DNA from: a virus
Reading direction: 5' to 3' (one strand)
Virus record (IMG/VR): IMGVR_UViG_3300018432_000001
Coordinates: 1 to 64,000 of that record
Length of the DNA stretch: 64,000 nt
Positions 1-9,358 of the stretch are shown piece by piece. Within the stretch, counting starts at the first letter, position 1. The number at the start of each line of letters is the position of its first letter. The notes beneath the pieces were generated by a model. The model was given only the letters and a program-made list of their open reading frames with translations. It made no database searches and was not told where the DNA came from. A program made the position numbers and the translations under genes.

Positions 1-205
1 CCGCCTGCGTCCGGTACGTGTAGGTGTCCATGGGTTTCGCCAGGCCGATCACACAGCCAGCAGGTTCGATGAACACCCCCATCTCGTCGTGGTCGTCGGT
101 GCCCGCGATCGCGATGCCGTGCAATCCCGACCCCACTTCGGTGAGCAGGATCTGGCCCGCTCGGGCGATGGTCGCATCCCCGTGCTCGGTGTGCGTCGTA
201 GCCAT
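1..205 (-). CDS. Pol-beta superfamily nucleotidyltransferase (RlaP/PF10127-like), runs off window edge
   Basis: Not in ORF track; manual translation MATTHTEHG...TEVGSGLHGIAIAGTDDHDEMGVFIEP has the GS..HG and DxD catalytic motif; GAAGGGA RBS upstream. Confidence 0.8.
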   Translation of the reverse strand, partial: MATTHTEHGDATIARAGQILLTEVGSGLHGIAIAGTDDHDEMGVFIEPAGCVIGLAKPMDTYTYRTQA

Positions 206-296
206 AGTCGTCCCTTCGTTTTCGGTGTCAGCGCCCCAACGTAATGCAGGGCCCCCGCCCAGCGGAGGCCCTGCACACGAGATGTCGATCTCGGGT

Positions 297-740
297 TTAC
301 CGCCGCTTGGTCTCCACGAAGGCCTGCGCCCGCTCCAGCAGCAGTGTGACGGCTTCAGCGTGGGTGGCGTCCGAGTGCTGGTTCCACAGCAGCGCCGCGC
401 TCAGGATGAGCCGCAGGCCCTCGTCCTCGGCCAGGACCAGGGCGAGATGGATCTTCGCTTCCCGCAGGAAGTTGGGGACCAACTCGAACGAGACGTCCTC
501 GTTGGCGGCGCCCTCGGCGAAACGCCACTTCGCCGCCTCAGCGTACGCGGCGATCCCCGCTTCGTTGGGGACGAGCTTCTTGTCCTTGACGGTGTGGATG
601 AACATGGCGCTCATGAGGGTGGCGGTCAGCGCATCCACGACGACGCCCAGCTCGGCGTCGCCGTAAGCGCCCGGATCGCGGCCGAGCGCCTTGGCCACGC
701 CGCGCAACTGCGCCAGATCCTCATCGGAATAGTTCTTCAT
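297..740 (-). CDS. hypothetical protein
   Basis: ORF from MKNYSD, coding-like codon usage. Confidence 0.6.
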   Translation of the reverse strand: MKNYSDEDLAQLRGVAKALGRDPGAYGDAELGVVVDALTATLMSAMFIHTVKDKKLVPNEAGIAAYAEAAKWRFAEGAANEDVSFELVPNFLREAKIHLALVLAEDEGLRLILSAALLWNQHSDATHAEAVTLLLERAQAFVETKRR

Positions 741-771
741 AACAGCTGCTTTCTTCGGTTGCTGACGGATG

Positions 772-1350
772 TCAGGGTCGGAACGAATTGCCCAGGGCCT
801 CACGGTCGGCCGCCGGGATACGCAGGCTCGGGTGGCCGAAGACCTGCACCTTCCCCTGCAGCACTGAAAGGTCGAGGTCCCACTGATACTGGCCGCGCCA
901 CCGGAAGCGTTCCTCCGCGTTGCGGATCGCGAGGTCGACCTCGGCATCGGTCCACGAGTTGACCGCCTTCAGCTGCGCGCGCACCTGCCACATCTGGTTC
1001 TTCAGCTGCGCGAGGCCGATGTGCTGCACCTGATGGCATTCCACGCACAACGCGATCAACCGGAGCAGACGCTGCACCTTGCTGTCCCCGACCGACTCGA
1101 AATACCACAGCTCATGGCAGTCCGGCGTCCGCTGGGCCCTCGTCTGCCCGTTGCGGCTCGGTTGCCTGCAGACCTCGCAGCGCATGTCGGCCGCCTGCGC
1201 CACCGGCATGCGAAGCCGGTCCCATTCGGGACGGGACAGGATGCCGCGCAGGTTCGACCCCCACACGTTGCTAGGCAGCAGGTCGGGATAGAGCACGCCG
1301 GGCCCGATGGGGAGAACGCCGACGTTCGGACTCAGGGGTTCCATGGTCAC
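772..1350 (-). CDS. HNH-like endonuclease
   Basis: CEVC...CHELW...LIALCVECHQVQH motif; GTGA overlap with upstream stop. Confidence 0.7.
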   Translation of the reverse strand: MTMEPLSPNVGVLPIGPGVLYPDLLPSNVWGSNLRGILSRPEWDRLRMPVAQAADMRCEVCRQPSRNGQTRAQRTPDCHELWYFESVGDSKVQRLLRLIALCVECHQVQHIGLAQLKNQMWQVRAQLKAVNSWTDAEVDLAIRNAEERFRWRGQYQWDLDLSVLQGKVQVFGHPSLRIPAADREALGNSFRP

Positions 1351-1610
1351 TCGCTGTCCTCCTCGTGGACGACAAGCCGGAACCCGCCGCCGATGTCTTC
1401 GAGCTTCGCTGGTTTCAGCGGCCCGACCACGATGTAGGAGAACCCCTCTCCGCGCTCGCGATGGTCGCGGCCATGCGCGTCCACCCACTCCTGGCGGTCG
1501 AGGGGCGTGGCCACGCGCGGCACGCACGTGCAGATGTTGCAGCTGAGGAAGCCCGGGTAGTCCATCGCCGGTTCGTCCGGCTGCTCGCCGCTGTCAGAGG
1601 GAACGGTCAT
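1347..1610 (-). CDS. hypothetical protein (CxxC)
   Basis: coupled ORF, CNIC motif. Confidence 0.55.
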   Translation of the reverse strand: MTVPSDSGEQPDEPAMDYPGFLSCNICTCVPRVATPLDRQEWVDAHGRDHRERGEGFSYIVVGPLKPAKLEDIGGGFRLVVHEEDSE

Positions 1611-1728
1611 AGGGGTCTTCCTTCACGTAGGGAGCAGTCCGGCGCCGGAGGGCGACGATGGCCATGCCGATGAGAATGCCGACGGCGAACGCCGCCGCGA
1701 GCAGGAGAAGATTCGAAGTGTCGTACAT
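1594..1728 (-). CDS. small membrane protein
   Basis: hydrophobic helix followed by RRR. Confidence 0.5.
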   Translation of the reverse strand: MYDTSNLLLLAAAFAVGILIGMAIVALRRRTAPYVKEDPYDRSL

Positions 1729-1770
1729 GAGCTTCATTCTCTCTAGGGGATGTAGGGGGGATAGCAGCGG

Positions 1771-1800
1771 GGAGGTGCACCCACACGGGTGCACCTCCCC
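1771..1800 (-). terminator. perfect stem-loop after HU gene
   Basis: GGGAGGTGCACC-loop-GGTGCACCTCCC. Confidence 0.55.
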
Positions 1801-1809
1801 GTGCCGTCA

Positions 1810-2133
1810 TCAGCCTTCGGTTTTGGTTTCCCGGGCCTTGAAGGCGGCGATCACGCGGTTGCGGAAGTTGATCGCCACGCGGAACACCGGCACCGTCCGC
1901 GCGGGAACGGTCTGAGCCACCCCGGTGCGGGGGTTGCGGGCCGCACGGGCCGCACGCCGCTTCGCCTGGAAGACCCCGAAGTCCGTGAGGGCGACCTCCT
2001 CGCCGCCCATCACGGCCAACTGGATCTCCTCGATGGTGGCATTGAGGATCTTGTAGACCTCCCGTTCCCCCACTCCGGCGCGGGCAGCAACGCGTTCCGC
2101 CAGCTCCGTCTTATTCACACGCAGTTTCTTCAT
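1810..2133 (-). CDS. hup: HU family DNA-binding protein
   Basis: NKTELAERVA...FGVF..KRRAARAARNPRTG...VPVFR signature. Confidence 0.93.
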   Translation of the reverse strand: MKKLRVNKTELAERVAARAGVGEREVYKILNATIEEIQLAVMGGEEVALTDFGVFQAKRRAARAARNPRTGVAQTVPARTVPVFRVAINFRNRVIAAFKARETKTEG

Positions 2134-2216
2134 GATATCCTTTCACCTTTCGTTCGTTCTTTTCGGTTCGGGTACAGCCATTTGGGCAGCGTCAGACTGG
2201 CCCGCACCCTATCGAT

Positions 2217-2603
2217 CTATTCATCGGGGCACGGGAATGGGATGACTTGTTGCGTGAATCGCGCAGGCCTCCCCAGCTCCGGCATCTCGACCAGATCCCC
2301 CGGACAGGAAACGGAGTAGCCATAGACGAGTTCCTCATCGCATCGGGGACACAGGAACGCGATGTGTGTCAGCGCCCAATACCCCGGCGACCAGGTGGTT
2401 TCCGCTTTCGGCCGGATGCCCTCGGTCATCTTCGACCGGACCGTCAACTTTCGGACCCGCTTGCCCGGATGCAGCATCTTCCCGTACCGCAACATCAGCG
2501 GCCCAGGAAACTCACACGCCTGGCAGGAAGGATCGATATGGAACACCGGCAGTGCAGGCTTCCATTCGCCCCAGCGAATCTCCTGTGCCTTCGGGCCCGT
2601 CAT
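2217..2603 (-). CDS. hypothetical protein with two CxxC motifs
   Basis: CQAC and CPRC; ATGA overlap with upstream stop. Confidence 0.6.
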   Translation of the reverse strand: MTGPKAQEIRWGEWKPALPVFHIDPSCQACEFPGPLMLRYGKMLHPGKRVRKLTVRSKMTEGIRPKAETTWSPGYWALTHIAFLCPRCDEELVYGYSVSCPGDLVEMPELGRPARFTQQVIPFPCPDE

Positions 2604-3013
2604 AGCAGAGATATGTACAGGTCCATCCACCGAGCGCTCGCGTCGCAGATCAAAAGCCGGTCAGCGACGTCCATCTCACGCATCATGGCCAGCAGGTCGT
2701 CGCTACTGGGGTTGTCACCAGCAGCGGCGATGCGATCCAACACGAGAGCGAACGACGGCCCATGCAGGATCGTGTTCTTCAGGGACGGGAGAAGCGCTGG
2801 CGGCATGTGCTTGGCGATCGACATCGCAGCGCCCATGAGCACCGCCGTCGTGTCCGGCGATTGCGAGGCCTCCCGCCCGAGGGCCGCGATGCACTCCTCG
2901 CATTTGTCTCGACAGAAGGCGAACAGCCGCATGGTCACCGTCGCGTCGGCGTTCGGTGCCCATGGAACAGGAGACGAAGCGGGAGCGGTATCGAGACCGT
3001 GAGAGTGATCCAT
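2600..3013 (-). CDS. helical CxxC protein (in-window family)
   Basis: AAAGGGA RBS; DKCEEC motif. Confidence 0.65.
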   Translation of the reverse strand: MDHSHGLDTAPASSPVPWAPNADATVTMRLFAFCRDKCEECIAALGREASQSPDTTAVLMGAAMSIAKHMPPALLPSLKNTILHGPSFALVLDRIAAAGDNPSSDDLLAMMREMDVADRLLICDASARWMDLYISLL

Positions 3014-3139
3014 ATGGTCCCTTTCTGTGGCTTGAGCCGTTGTAGCTCAGCTTTGGTTAACGCGAATGTAACTCACGAGAAGTGTCGTCATTGCACCGCT
3101 TCTCATCTTCGATGTGCCCCGGCTGCCACGTGCTCTCCT

Positions 3140-3218
3140 CCAAGTGGTCGATATGGAAGATCGGGGGTGGGGGATTCCACTCATCCCAGCGAATCTCCTG
3201 GGCTCGCGGCTCGGTTAT
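3140..3218 (-). pseudogene. start-less remnant of the 5' end of gene 2217-2603
   Basis: ITEPRAQEIRWDEWNPPPPIFHID vs MTGPKAQEIRWGEWKPALPVFHID; ATGA has become ATAA. Confidence 0.65.
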
Positions 3219-3625
3219 GACGTCGCCCCGGACGATCGCACCGCCAGCGCTTCGATTTCGAACACGAGGTCCGGATGGGTGAGCGCCGCGCAAACGGTTG
3301 CCCGCGCGGCGAGCGTGCTGGGGCTCATGTATCCGGCGGCGTACCCCCCATAGATCGAGTTGAACGTCGGGAAGAGAGCCGAGTCGGTCAGGTACGCCCG
3401 GATTTGGATGACCTCTCCGAGGTGGGAGTCGGCGGCTTCGAGGACGGCAACGAGGTTGTCCATCGCCTGCCGAATCTGCTCTTCGTGGCCTCGAATGATT
3501 TGCCCGGTGACGGGGCTGATGCCGACCTGTCCGGCGACGGCAATGATGCCACCGCGCTCAGCGGCTTGCGCGTACACACCAGCCGGTGCTGGTGCGTGCT
3601 TCGTGGCATGGTTGATGGTGCGCAC
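3215..3625 (-). CDS. ridA: RidA/YjgF family imine deaminase
   Basis: APAPAGVYAQA...AGQVG...NLVAVLEAA...ARATV...EIEA motif. Confidence 0.9.
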   Translation of the reverse strand: MRTINHATKHAPAPAGVYAQAAERGGIIAVAGQVGISPVTGQIIRGHEEQIRQAMDNLVAVLEAADSHLGEVIQIRAYLTDSALFPTFNSIYGGYAAGYMSPSTLAARATVCAALTHPDLVFEIEALAVRSSGATS

Positions 3626-3662
3626 GGGAGGCAACTTTCTGTAATCGTTGGACCGGGATGGC

Positions 3663-4040
3663 TCAAGCTTCGGGGGCGTCGGCTTTGCCGCGCCATTGCC
3701 GCCAGCGCCGCAGCAGCCGCCGGGATCGGCGTCGCTCACGGCGTTCGGCCTGGAGCCGGGTGGCCTCAGCGTACTTCTCGGGGCCCGTGGACGTCGTCGA
3801 GTACACCCGGCGTCGCCCCTCCGGGTAGCCCGCCGCTGGTACCCAGATGCCTTCAACCCACCCCAGCTCGTACTCCATCCGCTCCAGTGCAGGGTAGATG
3901 GAGCCAGCGCCCATCTCGGTGTGCGTGCACAGGACGTAGCCGGTCGGAGGGTCATCCAGTTCGGCCAGCGCCCGCATGATGGCATGCATCGGCTTGGTCA
4001 CCCGGAGGGGCGGGCCCGGTTGGACGTCATCGTCATTCAT
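3663..4040 (-). CDS. PadR-like winged-helix regulator
   Basis: GSIYPALERME..GWV...RRRVYSTT.TG. Confidence 0.8.
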   Translation of the reverse strand: MNDDDVQPGPPLRVTKPMHAIMRALAELDDPPTGYVLCTHTEMGAGSIYPALERMEYELGWVEGIWVPAAGYPEGRRRVYSTTSTGPEKYAEATRLQAERRERRRSRRLLRRWRQWRGKADAPEA

Positions 4041-4942
4041 GTGAGTTCCTGCTCGCTGCCGTCGGGTTGCAGGCGCAGGCACCGCTTGCACGTTACCGCG
4101 TTGGCCGTCTGCGAGAACCTGTCGAAGGCGGCGGCGCCGCACTGCGGTACCGTCGACCACCTGCTTTTTCTGACTCCCCTGTGGACTGCTGCGGAGGTTG
4201 TGGAGCGGCGACCATAGCGCTCCATCACCAGGTTCATCACCGGACCCGTGTCCTCAGGCTCCGGTTCCGGCTCGTCGTCGAAGTGAGCGAACCGCAGCTC
4301 GGGGTTGCCGTCGGGCCCGACACCGGTACGGGCAGCGTCGATGATGGCGCGCACCTCCATGTTGGCATCGTCCCAGGCTTCGGCGGCCGACGACACCAGG
4401 TCGGCAACCCGCTGAACCTGATCGGCGATGTTGCCCAGCCGGACGCCGACCGCATCGGCCTGGACAGTGCCGACCGGCCCCTCCCAGGGCCTGCGGGCCG
4501 CCACGGCCGCGCAGAACGCGGCCACCGCATCAGCGGCAGCGTTGGCATCCACGTCCTCGGGGAGCAGCGTCAGCTTCCGGACCTGGTCGAGCGCGGCGAG
4601 ACCGTCCTTGAGCGCATCCCGTGCCATCGCAACGACGGTCTCCGGCTTCGGGAGCTCCCCGTAGTAGCCCTCGCTCTCGTCGACGAGCTCGGGATCGGCT
4701 CCGGGTCGGGCCTCCACCCGCATCCGCTTTTCGTTCAGCATGACGGTGTCGCCGACGGCAACCTTTCCCGCCGACTCGCCGTCGGCGCCCGTGTGGGCTG
4801 GGACAGCCACCCACCGCCCCTCGATGAAGGTGACGCACCGCAACCGGTCGGGGTCCGGAACGTCGGGGCCGGTGACGGTGATCGTTCGAATCGAAGCGTG
4901 ACCGCCGAGGGGGTCCGCGATCGTGGTCAGGTTCAGTTCCAT
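4037..4942 (-). CDS. hypothetical protein with C-terminal Cys motif
   Basis: long ORF ending in VTCKRC. Confidence 0.65.
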   Translation of the reverse strand: MELNLTTIADPLGGHASIRTITVTGPDVPDPDRLRCVTFIEGRWVAVPAHTGADGESAGKVAVGDTVMLNEKRMRVEARPGADPELVDESEGYYGELPKPETVVAMARDALKDGLAALDQVRKLTLLPEDVDANAAADAVAAFCAAVAARRPWEGPVGTVQADAVGVRLGNIADQVQRVADLVSSAAEAWDDANMEVRAIIDAARTGVGPDGNPELRFAHFDDEPEPEPEDTGPVMNLVMERYGRRSTTSAAVHRGVRKSRWSTVPQCGAAAFDRFSQTANAVTCKRCLRLQPDGSEQELT

Positions 4943-5028
4943 GGTGATCACTCTCTGCAATACATGAGCCACGTGGACTCAACTTTCGAAACGCGAATAT
5001 AACTCACGAGAAGACCTCTTCCCACAAC

Positions 5029-5364
5029 CTATGTCGTAGGGGTCCCTTGGTCTGCCCAGGCCCGGATCTCTCCGTTGGGATCGATCTGTTCGAGCCAGTG
5101 GTCGTGGCGGACGACCTCGCCGCGAAGGAACTTGACGGGGCCGAGCACGTAGGTACTGACCTGAACAGCTACGCGGTACACCCCTGCGTAGAGGTCGGCA
5201 CTGGAGCCGCTGTCGGCGTCCACCGTGAATTCCAGCCGGTTGTCCGGCAGGCGCGACACCGTGTTGAACTCGGGCCGCGCCTCGTGGATGGCGCTGACGG
5301 TGTCATCGGTGATGACAGCGCCGCGCGGCGCCTCGAAAGTGATGCTGATGTGCCAGGTGGTCAT
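5029..5364 (-). CDS. hypothetical protein
   Basis: GGAGG RBS. Confidence 0.65.
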   Translation of the reverse strand: MTTWHISITFEAPRGAVITDDTVSAIHEARPEFNTVSRLPDNRLEFTVDADSGSSADLYAGVYRVAVQVSTYVLGPVKFLRGEVVRHDHWLEQIDPNGEIRAWADQGTPTT

Positions 5365-5366
5365 CG

Positions 5367-6002
5367 TTATTTCCTCCTACGGGGTTTGAGCTGGTCGAGG
5401 TCGTAGCCTTGCTCGGCTTCGGCGGCGAGCCGCTCGATGACCTTGTCGGTCAGCTCGACGCCGCCGGAGGTTCCGTGAGATGCTGGCACCTGTTCGGCGA
5501 CCCTGTACTTGAACCAGTCGATGTCGGCCTCGTAACGCAGCATCTGGATCGCCTGCAGCTCCGCTCTTGTGAGTTCGATGTTGCTCTCCGCGACGCAGGT
5601 GGCAATCCAGCTGACGACCATACCGCCTTCGCCACAGCGATGGGTTTCTCGCATGCGTTCGGCTTCACCGTCCGGCAGGCGGTCTTCGAGCCAGTCGATG
5701 ACGTGGTCGAGCAGGAATCCGAAATCCTCCAGGACCGGCCAATCCGGCAGCGTCTGTGCGTTGCGCAGTGGGGCCGGATCGACCTCGTAGGCGACGGCGG
5801 CGCGAAGCAGCACGTGCTCGTGCCAGCGATGCACCACAACGGCGCGGTCGGCCACCATCTGCATAAGTGCCGCCGTGGCCTCCCGATAATTTCCCTCTCG
5901 CACGAGAAGGAACACCGGTTCCATAGCGGTTTCTCCCGACCATTTGGTGAGGCCGACGATTGATTGCCGCAGGGCACGTTCAAGTTCTTTCGGGCGGTCC
6001 AT
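5367..6002 (-). CDS. protein with MafI-like immunity repeats and a tail resembling the N-terminus of CopG-family proteins
   Basis: WLEDRLP...GEGGMVVSWIATCVAESNIELT..E; tail GVELTDKVIERLAAEAEQGYD. Confidence 0.5.
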   Translation of the reverse strand: MDRPKELERALRQSIVGLTKWSGETAMEPVFLLVREGNYREATAALMQMVADRAVVVHRWHEHVLLRAAVAYEVDPAPLRNAQTLPDWPVLEDFGFLLDHVIDWLEDRLPDGEAERMRETHRCGEGGMVVSWIATCVAESNIELTRAELQAIQMLRYEADIDWFKYRVAEQVPASHGTSGGVELTDKVIERLAAEAEQGYDLDQLKPRRRK

Positions 6003-6026
6003 GAATTCCTTCGTTCTTCCCGCAAC

Positions 6027-6299
6027 CTATGTTGTGGGAAGTCCTTCGTCGGTGATGCGGTCAACGTCCGCTCGGTAGGTGTTCTCGTACCGAATCCACG
6101 AATCGGCGGGGATGCCAACGACCCGCTCCAGCCGGATTGCGGTATCGCTCGTAACCGGCGCGCTCCCGTTGAGGATTCCTTTGAGCTGTTCGAGTGTGTA
6201 CCCGAGGCGGTCGGCGACTGCCTGGTCGGACATTCCCTGATCGTCGATCCACTCCCTCAGGTATTCACCCGGAGCGACGGCGTAGTTGGTCAGAGTCAT
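6027..6299 (-). CDS. HigA/VapI-like HTH antitoxin (orphan)
   Basis: APGEYLREWI...ADRLG...ILNGSAPVTSDTAIRLERVVGIPADSW. Confidence 0.85.
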   Translation of the reverse strand: MTLTNYAVAPGEYLREWIDDQGMSDQAVADRLGYTLEQLKGILNGSAPVTSDTAIRLERVVGIPADSWIRYENTYRADVDRITDEGLPTT

Positions 6300-6321
6300 G
6301 ATGTTCCTTTCGTTCCTCGAA

Positions 6322-6660
6322 CTACGTGAACTGTGCCAGCGCACGTCGGACCGGACGTCCGTGAAGGGCGGCGTCATCGAAGCTATCGAGCCGCAGGTGC
6401 CGCAGCAGCTGCTGCATGTTCTCCTTGAGCTTCGTCTCGTCGACTTCGGGGAGGGCGAGCTTGACGACGATCTCGGCGTCACTCTTGCCCGCTAGAGTCA
6501 TTGCTAGCGCTATCTTGTAGTCGCGGTGCAGCTTTCGAACCTTCGCACCGAGGTCGTTGTGCGAGCGCATGTCGCCACCCTTGGCACCTCGGTTCTGAGA
6601 GATGGCTGAAGCTTTTGCTTTCATAATCCTGCTTTCCTTTCCTGTTCTTCCTTGGGCCAT
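6322..6660 (-). CDS. hypothetical basic protein
   Basis: ORF in gene-dense run; start uncertain. Confidence 0.45.
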   Translation of the reverse strand: MAQGRTGKESRIMKAKASAISQNRGAKGGDMRSHNDLGAKVRKLHRDYKIALAMTLAGKSDAEIVVKLALPEVDETKLKENMQQLLRHLRLDSFDDAALHGRPVRRALAQFT

Positions 6661-6809
6661 GAGAACCCGCGCTCGTTATCGATATGGTCGTCGGGGTGAT
6701 CGGGTTCTTCGTCGCAGAGGACTTCGACTTCGTTCTCTCCATCGAAGCACAGGTTCTCAGCGAGACACATTTCGGGAGATCCACGCCAGTCGTGAACGTC
6801 CTTGTCCAT
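6621..6809 (-). CDS. small acidic hypothetical protein
   Basis: starts just after upstream stop. Confidence 0.4.
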   Translation of the reverse strand: MDKDVHDWRGSPEMCLAENLCFDGENEVEVLCDEEPDHPDDHIDNERGFSWPKEEQERKAGL

Positions 6810-6812
6810 GAA

Positions 6813-7478
6813 CTACTCGACTCCGGTGGATGGCTGCGTCCGGTACAGTCGCGCCTCGGTGGGGGTGGGATCGCTGGCCCGCATGTGCGCGGCAGCCCCG
6901 AGCTCCATGACGTGATGGAGCGAGATATGGGGCAGCTGGTAGTCCGGCAGAAGTCCGGCGTTGAGGAAGGTCAGCTGCTCCAAGGGATCGCGGACCCGCG
7001 CAGGCGGCAACGCCAGCTGCTGCCCCAGTTGGTTTCGGTAGAGGTCATTAGCGACAGACATGGCCTGCCGAGTGGCCCCCTCTCTGTTTTCAGCCTCCAC
7101 GTAACCCTGCACGATCAGCGTGTCATCGCCCAACACCAGAAGCGACCGACCGGCGTCATCGCCGATCCACTCCATAGCGAGATCGCCGAGTCCGTCAGCA
7201 AGCAGCCCCTGCACATCGAACACAGGCAGGACGACGTCGTAAAAGAAAAACTCCATCAGCATTACTCCTAATTTGTTTTGCTTTTCCAGCAGTTGCATGA
7301 TTCGGATAACTTGACTGCGGAAATTCATGTTCATGCGAAATCGATGGTGCGTGTTCTGGTTTTCCCAGATCATTTTCAGCCACTCATCGAGTATCCTCAA
7401 TTGGGCTGATATTTTCATTAGAAAGTAGCACGCCCATGCTCCCATGAAAAGAAATACCCACATCATCCATTCAGGCAT
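6813..7478 (-). CDS. membrane-anchored hypothetical protein
   Basis: N-terminal TM helix; AT-richer 5' part. Confidence 0.55.
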   Translation of the reverse strand: MPEWMMWVFLFMGAWACYFLMKISAQLRILDEWLKMIWENQNTHHRFRMNMNFRSQVIRIMQLLEKQNKLGVMLMEFFFYDVVLPVFDVQGLLADGLGDLAMEWIGDDAGRSLLVLGDDTLIVQGYVEAENREGATRQAMSVANDLYRNQLGQQLALPPARVRDPLEQLTFLNAGLLPDYQLPHISLHHVMELGAAAHMRASDPTPTEARLYRTQPSTGVE

Positions 7479-7490
7479 TGCCCTCTTCTC

Positions 7491-7901
7491 CTATTCGTCC
7501 TGGTTGGGACCGGTGTCGTTATCGGGTACTACTGGCTTAGGGTTCCTCTCGTGCGACCACCGGACGTCGCCGAACATGTCTCGCACCATCTGCTTCAGCT
7601 GGTAGAACCGTGCCACCGCTTCGGCGGACAGCTCTTCCTCGGGGAAATGCTCATCCCAGGTCGCGACCGGCACGACCAGTGCCCTCGGATACTTCTTCTT
7701 TCGCTGTGACGGCCGCACCCAGTACTTGAAGGCCTCCATCTGGAGGTTGAACACGGTGTTCTTCGCCTGGTCGGTGCCCCAGAGCTTGATCATGACGTGA
7801 TGGCTCGCGTAGTTGACGCTCATCGCCTCGCCAAGGAACCGCCAGGGTATTCCGTCGATCTCGTGGGGCGGTCCGTAGCTGTGGAAATCAGTGGGTTTCA
7901 C
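7491..7901 (-). CDS. hypothetical protein
   Basis: ORF in operon. Confidence 0.6.
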   Translation of the reverse strand: MKPTDFHSYGPPHEIDGIPWRFLGEAMSVNYASHHVMIKLWGTDQAKNTVFNLQMEAFKYWVRPSQRKKKYPRALVVPVATWDEHFPEEELSAEAVARFYQLKQMVRDMFGDVRWSHERNPKPVVPDNDTGPNQDE

Positions 7902-7918
7902 AGTTTCATCCGGTCCTG

Positions 7919-8047
7919 TCAGGCGGTCTCGGGGTCAAATTCCGCACCACACTCAGGACACTCGACGCGGGGGCCGTACTCCTCGTCGTCGGCGTCTTCG
8001 TCGATGTAGGCCTTGAACTGGTGCCCGCATCCGGGACACGTGATCAT
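7919..8047 (-). CDS. small zinc-ribbon protein
   Basis: Not in track; MITCPGCGHQF...VECPECGAEF. Confidence 0.65.
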   Translation of the reverse strand: MITCPGCGHQFKAYIDEDADDEEYGPRVECPECGAEFDPETA

Positions 8048-8400
8048 GGATTTCCTTTCGTAAGCACATGAATCGTCCGGGATTCAACCGGTGACAATTC
8101 GATATGGTGATCTTCTATTACGGTCAAGAGATCGTTGACGGCCATCGCATACTCGCCTCCGGCCATCATGTATTCGAATCCAGCCTGGTACTCGGTGGGA
8201 ATTTTCGGCATCAAGCGTCGAATGAGATAGTCGGCGGCCCGGTTGAATTCTGCTTCGTGACAAGGAGAGCATACGTCCCATCGGAGACCTTCGGTCTGAG
8301 TGGGCGCGAGATTCTCGTAGCGAGTTGGACTAGTGCAGATCTGGCAAATCTGCCAAACTTGGCCGTCGGCGTCTTTCCATCGCGATAGCCGGGAATCCAC
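8044..8400 (-). CDS. Zn-finger fused to MafI-like domain
   Basis: CQIC...CSPC then GGEYAMAVNDLLTVIEDHHIELSPVE. Confidence 0.5.
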   Translation of the reverse strand: MDSRLSRWKDADGQVWQICQICTSPTRYENLAPTQTEGLRWDVCSPCHEAEFNRAADYLIRRLMPKIPTEYQAGFEYMMAGGEYAMAVNDLLTVIEDHHIELSPVESRTIHVLTKGNP

Positions 8401-8900
8401 TACCAGCCCTCCGGCACCTGGAGCTTGGCGATGTGAGTGCTGTGCCAGGGGCAGCCGTCCCAGCTGCAGAGAATCTGCTTAGGGTGGTCAGGGCAGCCCT
8501 GCCGGTTGCGCTCCAGCGCCGCGAGCAGGGTGGGGTGCGCGGGTGTGGCGAGCCCGATGCTGCCGGTCTCGCCTTCACCGTTCCAGGTGGAGTGAATCTC
8601 ATGGCCACAGTCCTGGACTTGGGCCTGGAGCTGGGTGAACTCGCCGGGCTGCAGGGGGTTGGCCAGCTCCTGGTTGTCGAGCGGGCCCGTGTAGTGGGGC
8701 TTCGCCACGGAGACGACGATGACCGGGGCGCCGACGGGGTTGAACCCGGAAGGGATGAACCTGTAGCGGCGCCCTTCCACCACGGGAGCGTTGATCCCAT
8801 GATGGCTTACGATCGACTCCGAGTCGTCCTGCTCGATGGTGTACAGCCAGTTCAGGCCCGCCCAGACGGTGTCCAGTTGGGATTTGGTGAGCACTGTCAT
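8400..8900 (-). CDS. hypothetical protein with C-terminal Cys/His cluster
   Basis: AAAGG RBS; GCPDH...CSWDGC. Confidence 0.65.
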   Translation of the reverse strand: MTVLTKSQLDTVWAGLNWLYTIEQDDSESIVSHHGINAPVVEGRRYRFIPSGFNPVGAPVIVVSVAKPHYTGPLDNQELANPLQPGEFTQLQAQVQDCGHEIHSTWNGEGETGSIGLATPAHPTLLAALERNRQGCPDHPKQILCSWDGCPWHSTHIAKLQVPEGW

Positions 8901-8926
8901 CGGGTGACCTTTCTTTCGGGGTGGTA

Positions 8927-9358
8927 CTAGGAGTCGCGGGCGAGGATGGGGGCGTAAGAAATGCCAAGAGCACCAGCAGTTCGAATCGCTTCGGGGAAGG
9001 TCATCCCCCACAGCTCGATGTCGCCGTATCCTGCATCCGAGGCGGCATCCCAGGCCTGTTCTTCGTCGACGCCGCAGTCGGCCATGTCGGCGACGAACCG
9101 TTCGATGGAGACGCCATCCACGCAGGCGGCAACGCGCTCCCGGATTTCCTCTTCGGTTGCGGGTCGATGTCGCTTGCCCGGTTTTTCCTGCACTGTCATG
9201 AGCTGGTTTACGGTGATGAACTGAAGTGCGGCTCCATGGAGTTCCATGATGGCGCTGCTGCGAGCGGACCGCGTGAGGTCGACGTCGGACTTGACGGCTT
9301 GCATGCGGTCGCGGAGATATTCGAGATGTTGGTCGTAAGGTGATTTCAGGGTCGACAT
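8927..9358 (-). CDS. hypothetical protein
   Basis: ORF from MSTLKS. Confidence 0.55.
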   Translation of the reverse strand: MSTLKSPYDQHLEYLRDRMQAVKSDVDLTRSARSSAIMELHGAALQFITVNQLMTVQEKPGKRHRPATEEEIRERVAACVDGVSIERFVADMADCGVDEEQAWDAASDAGYGDIELWGMTFPEAIRTAGALGISYAPILARDS

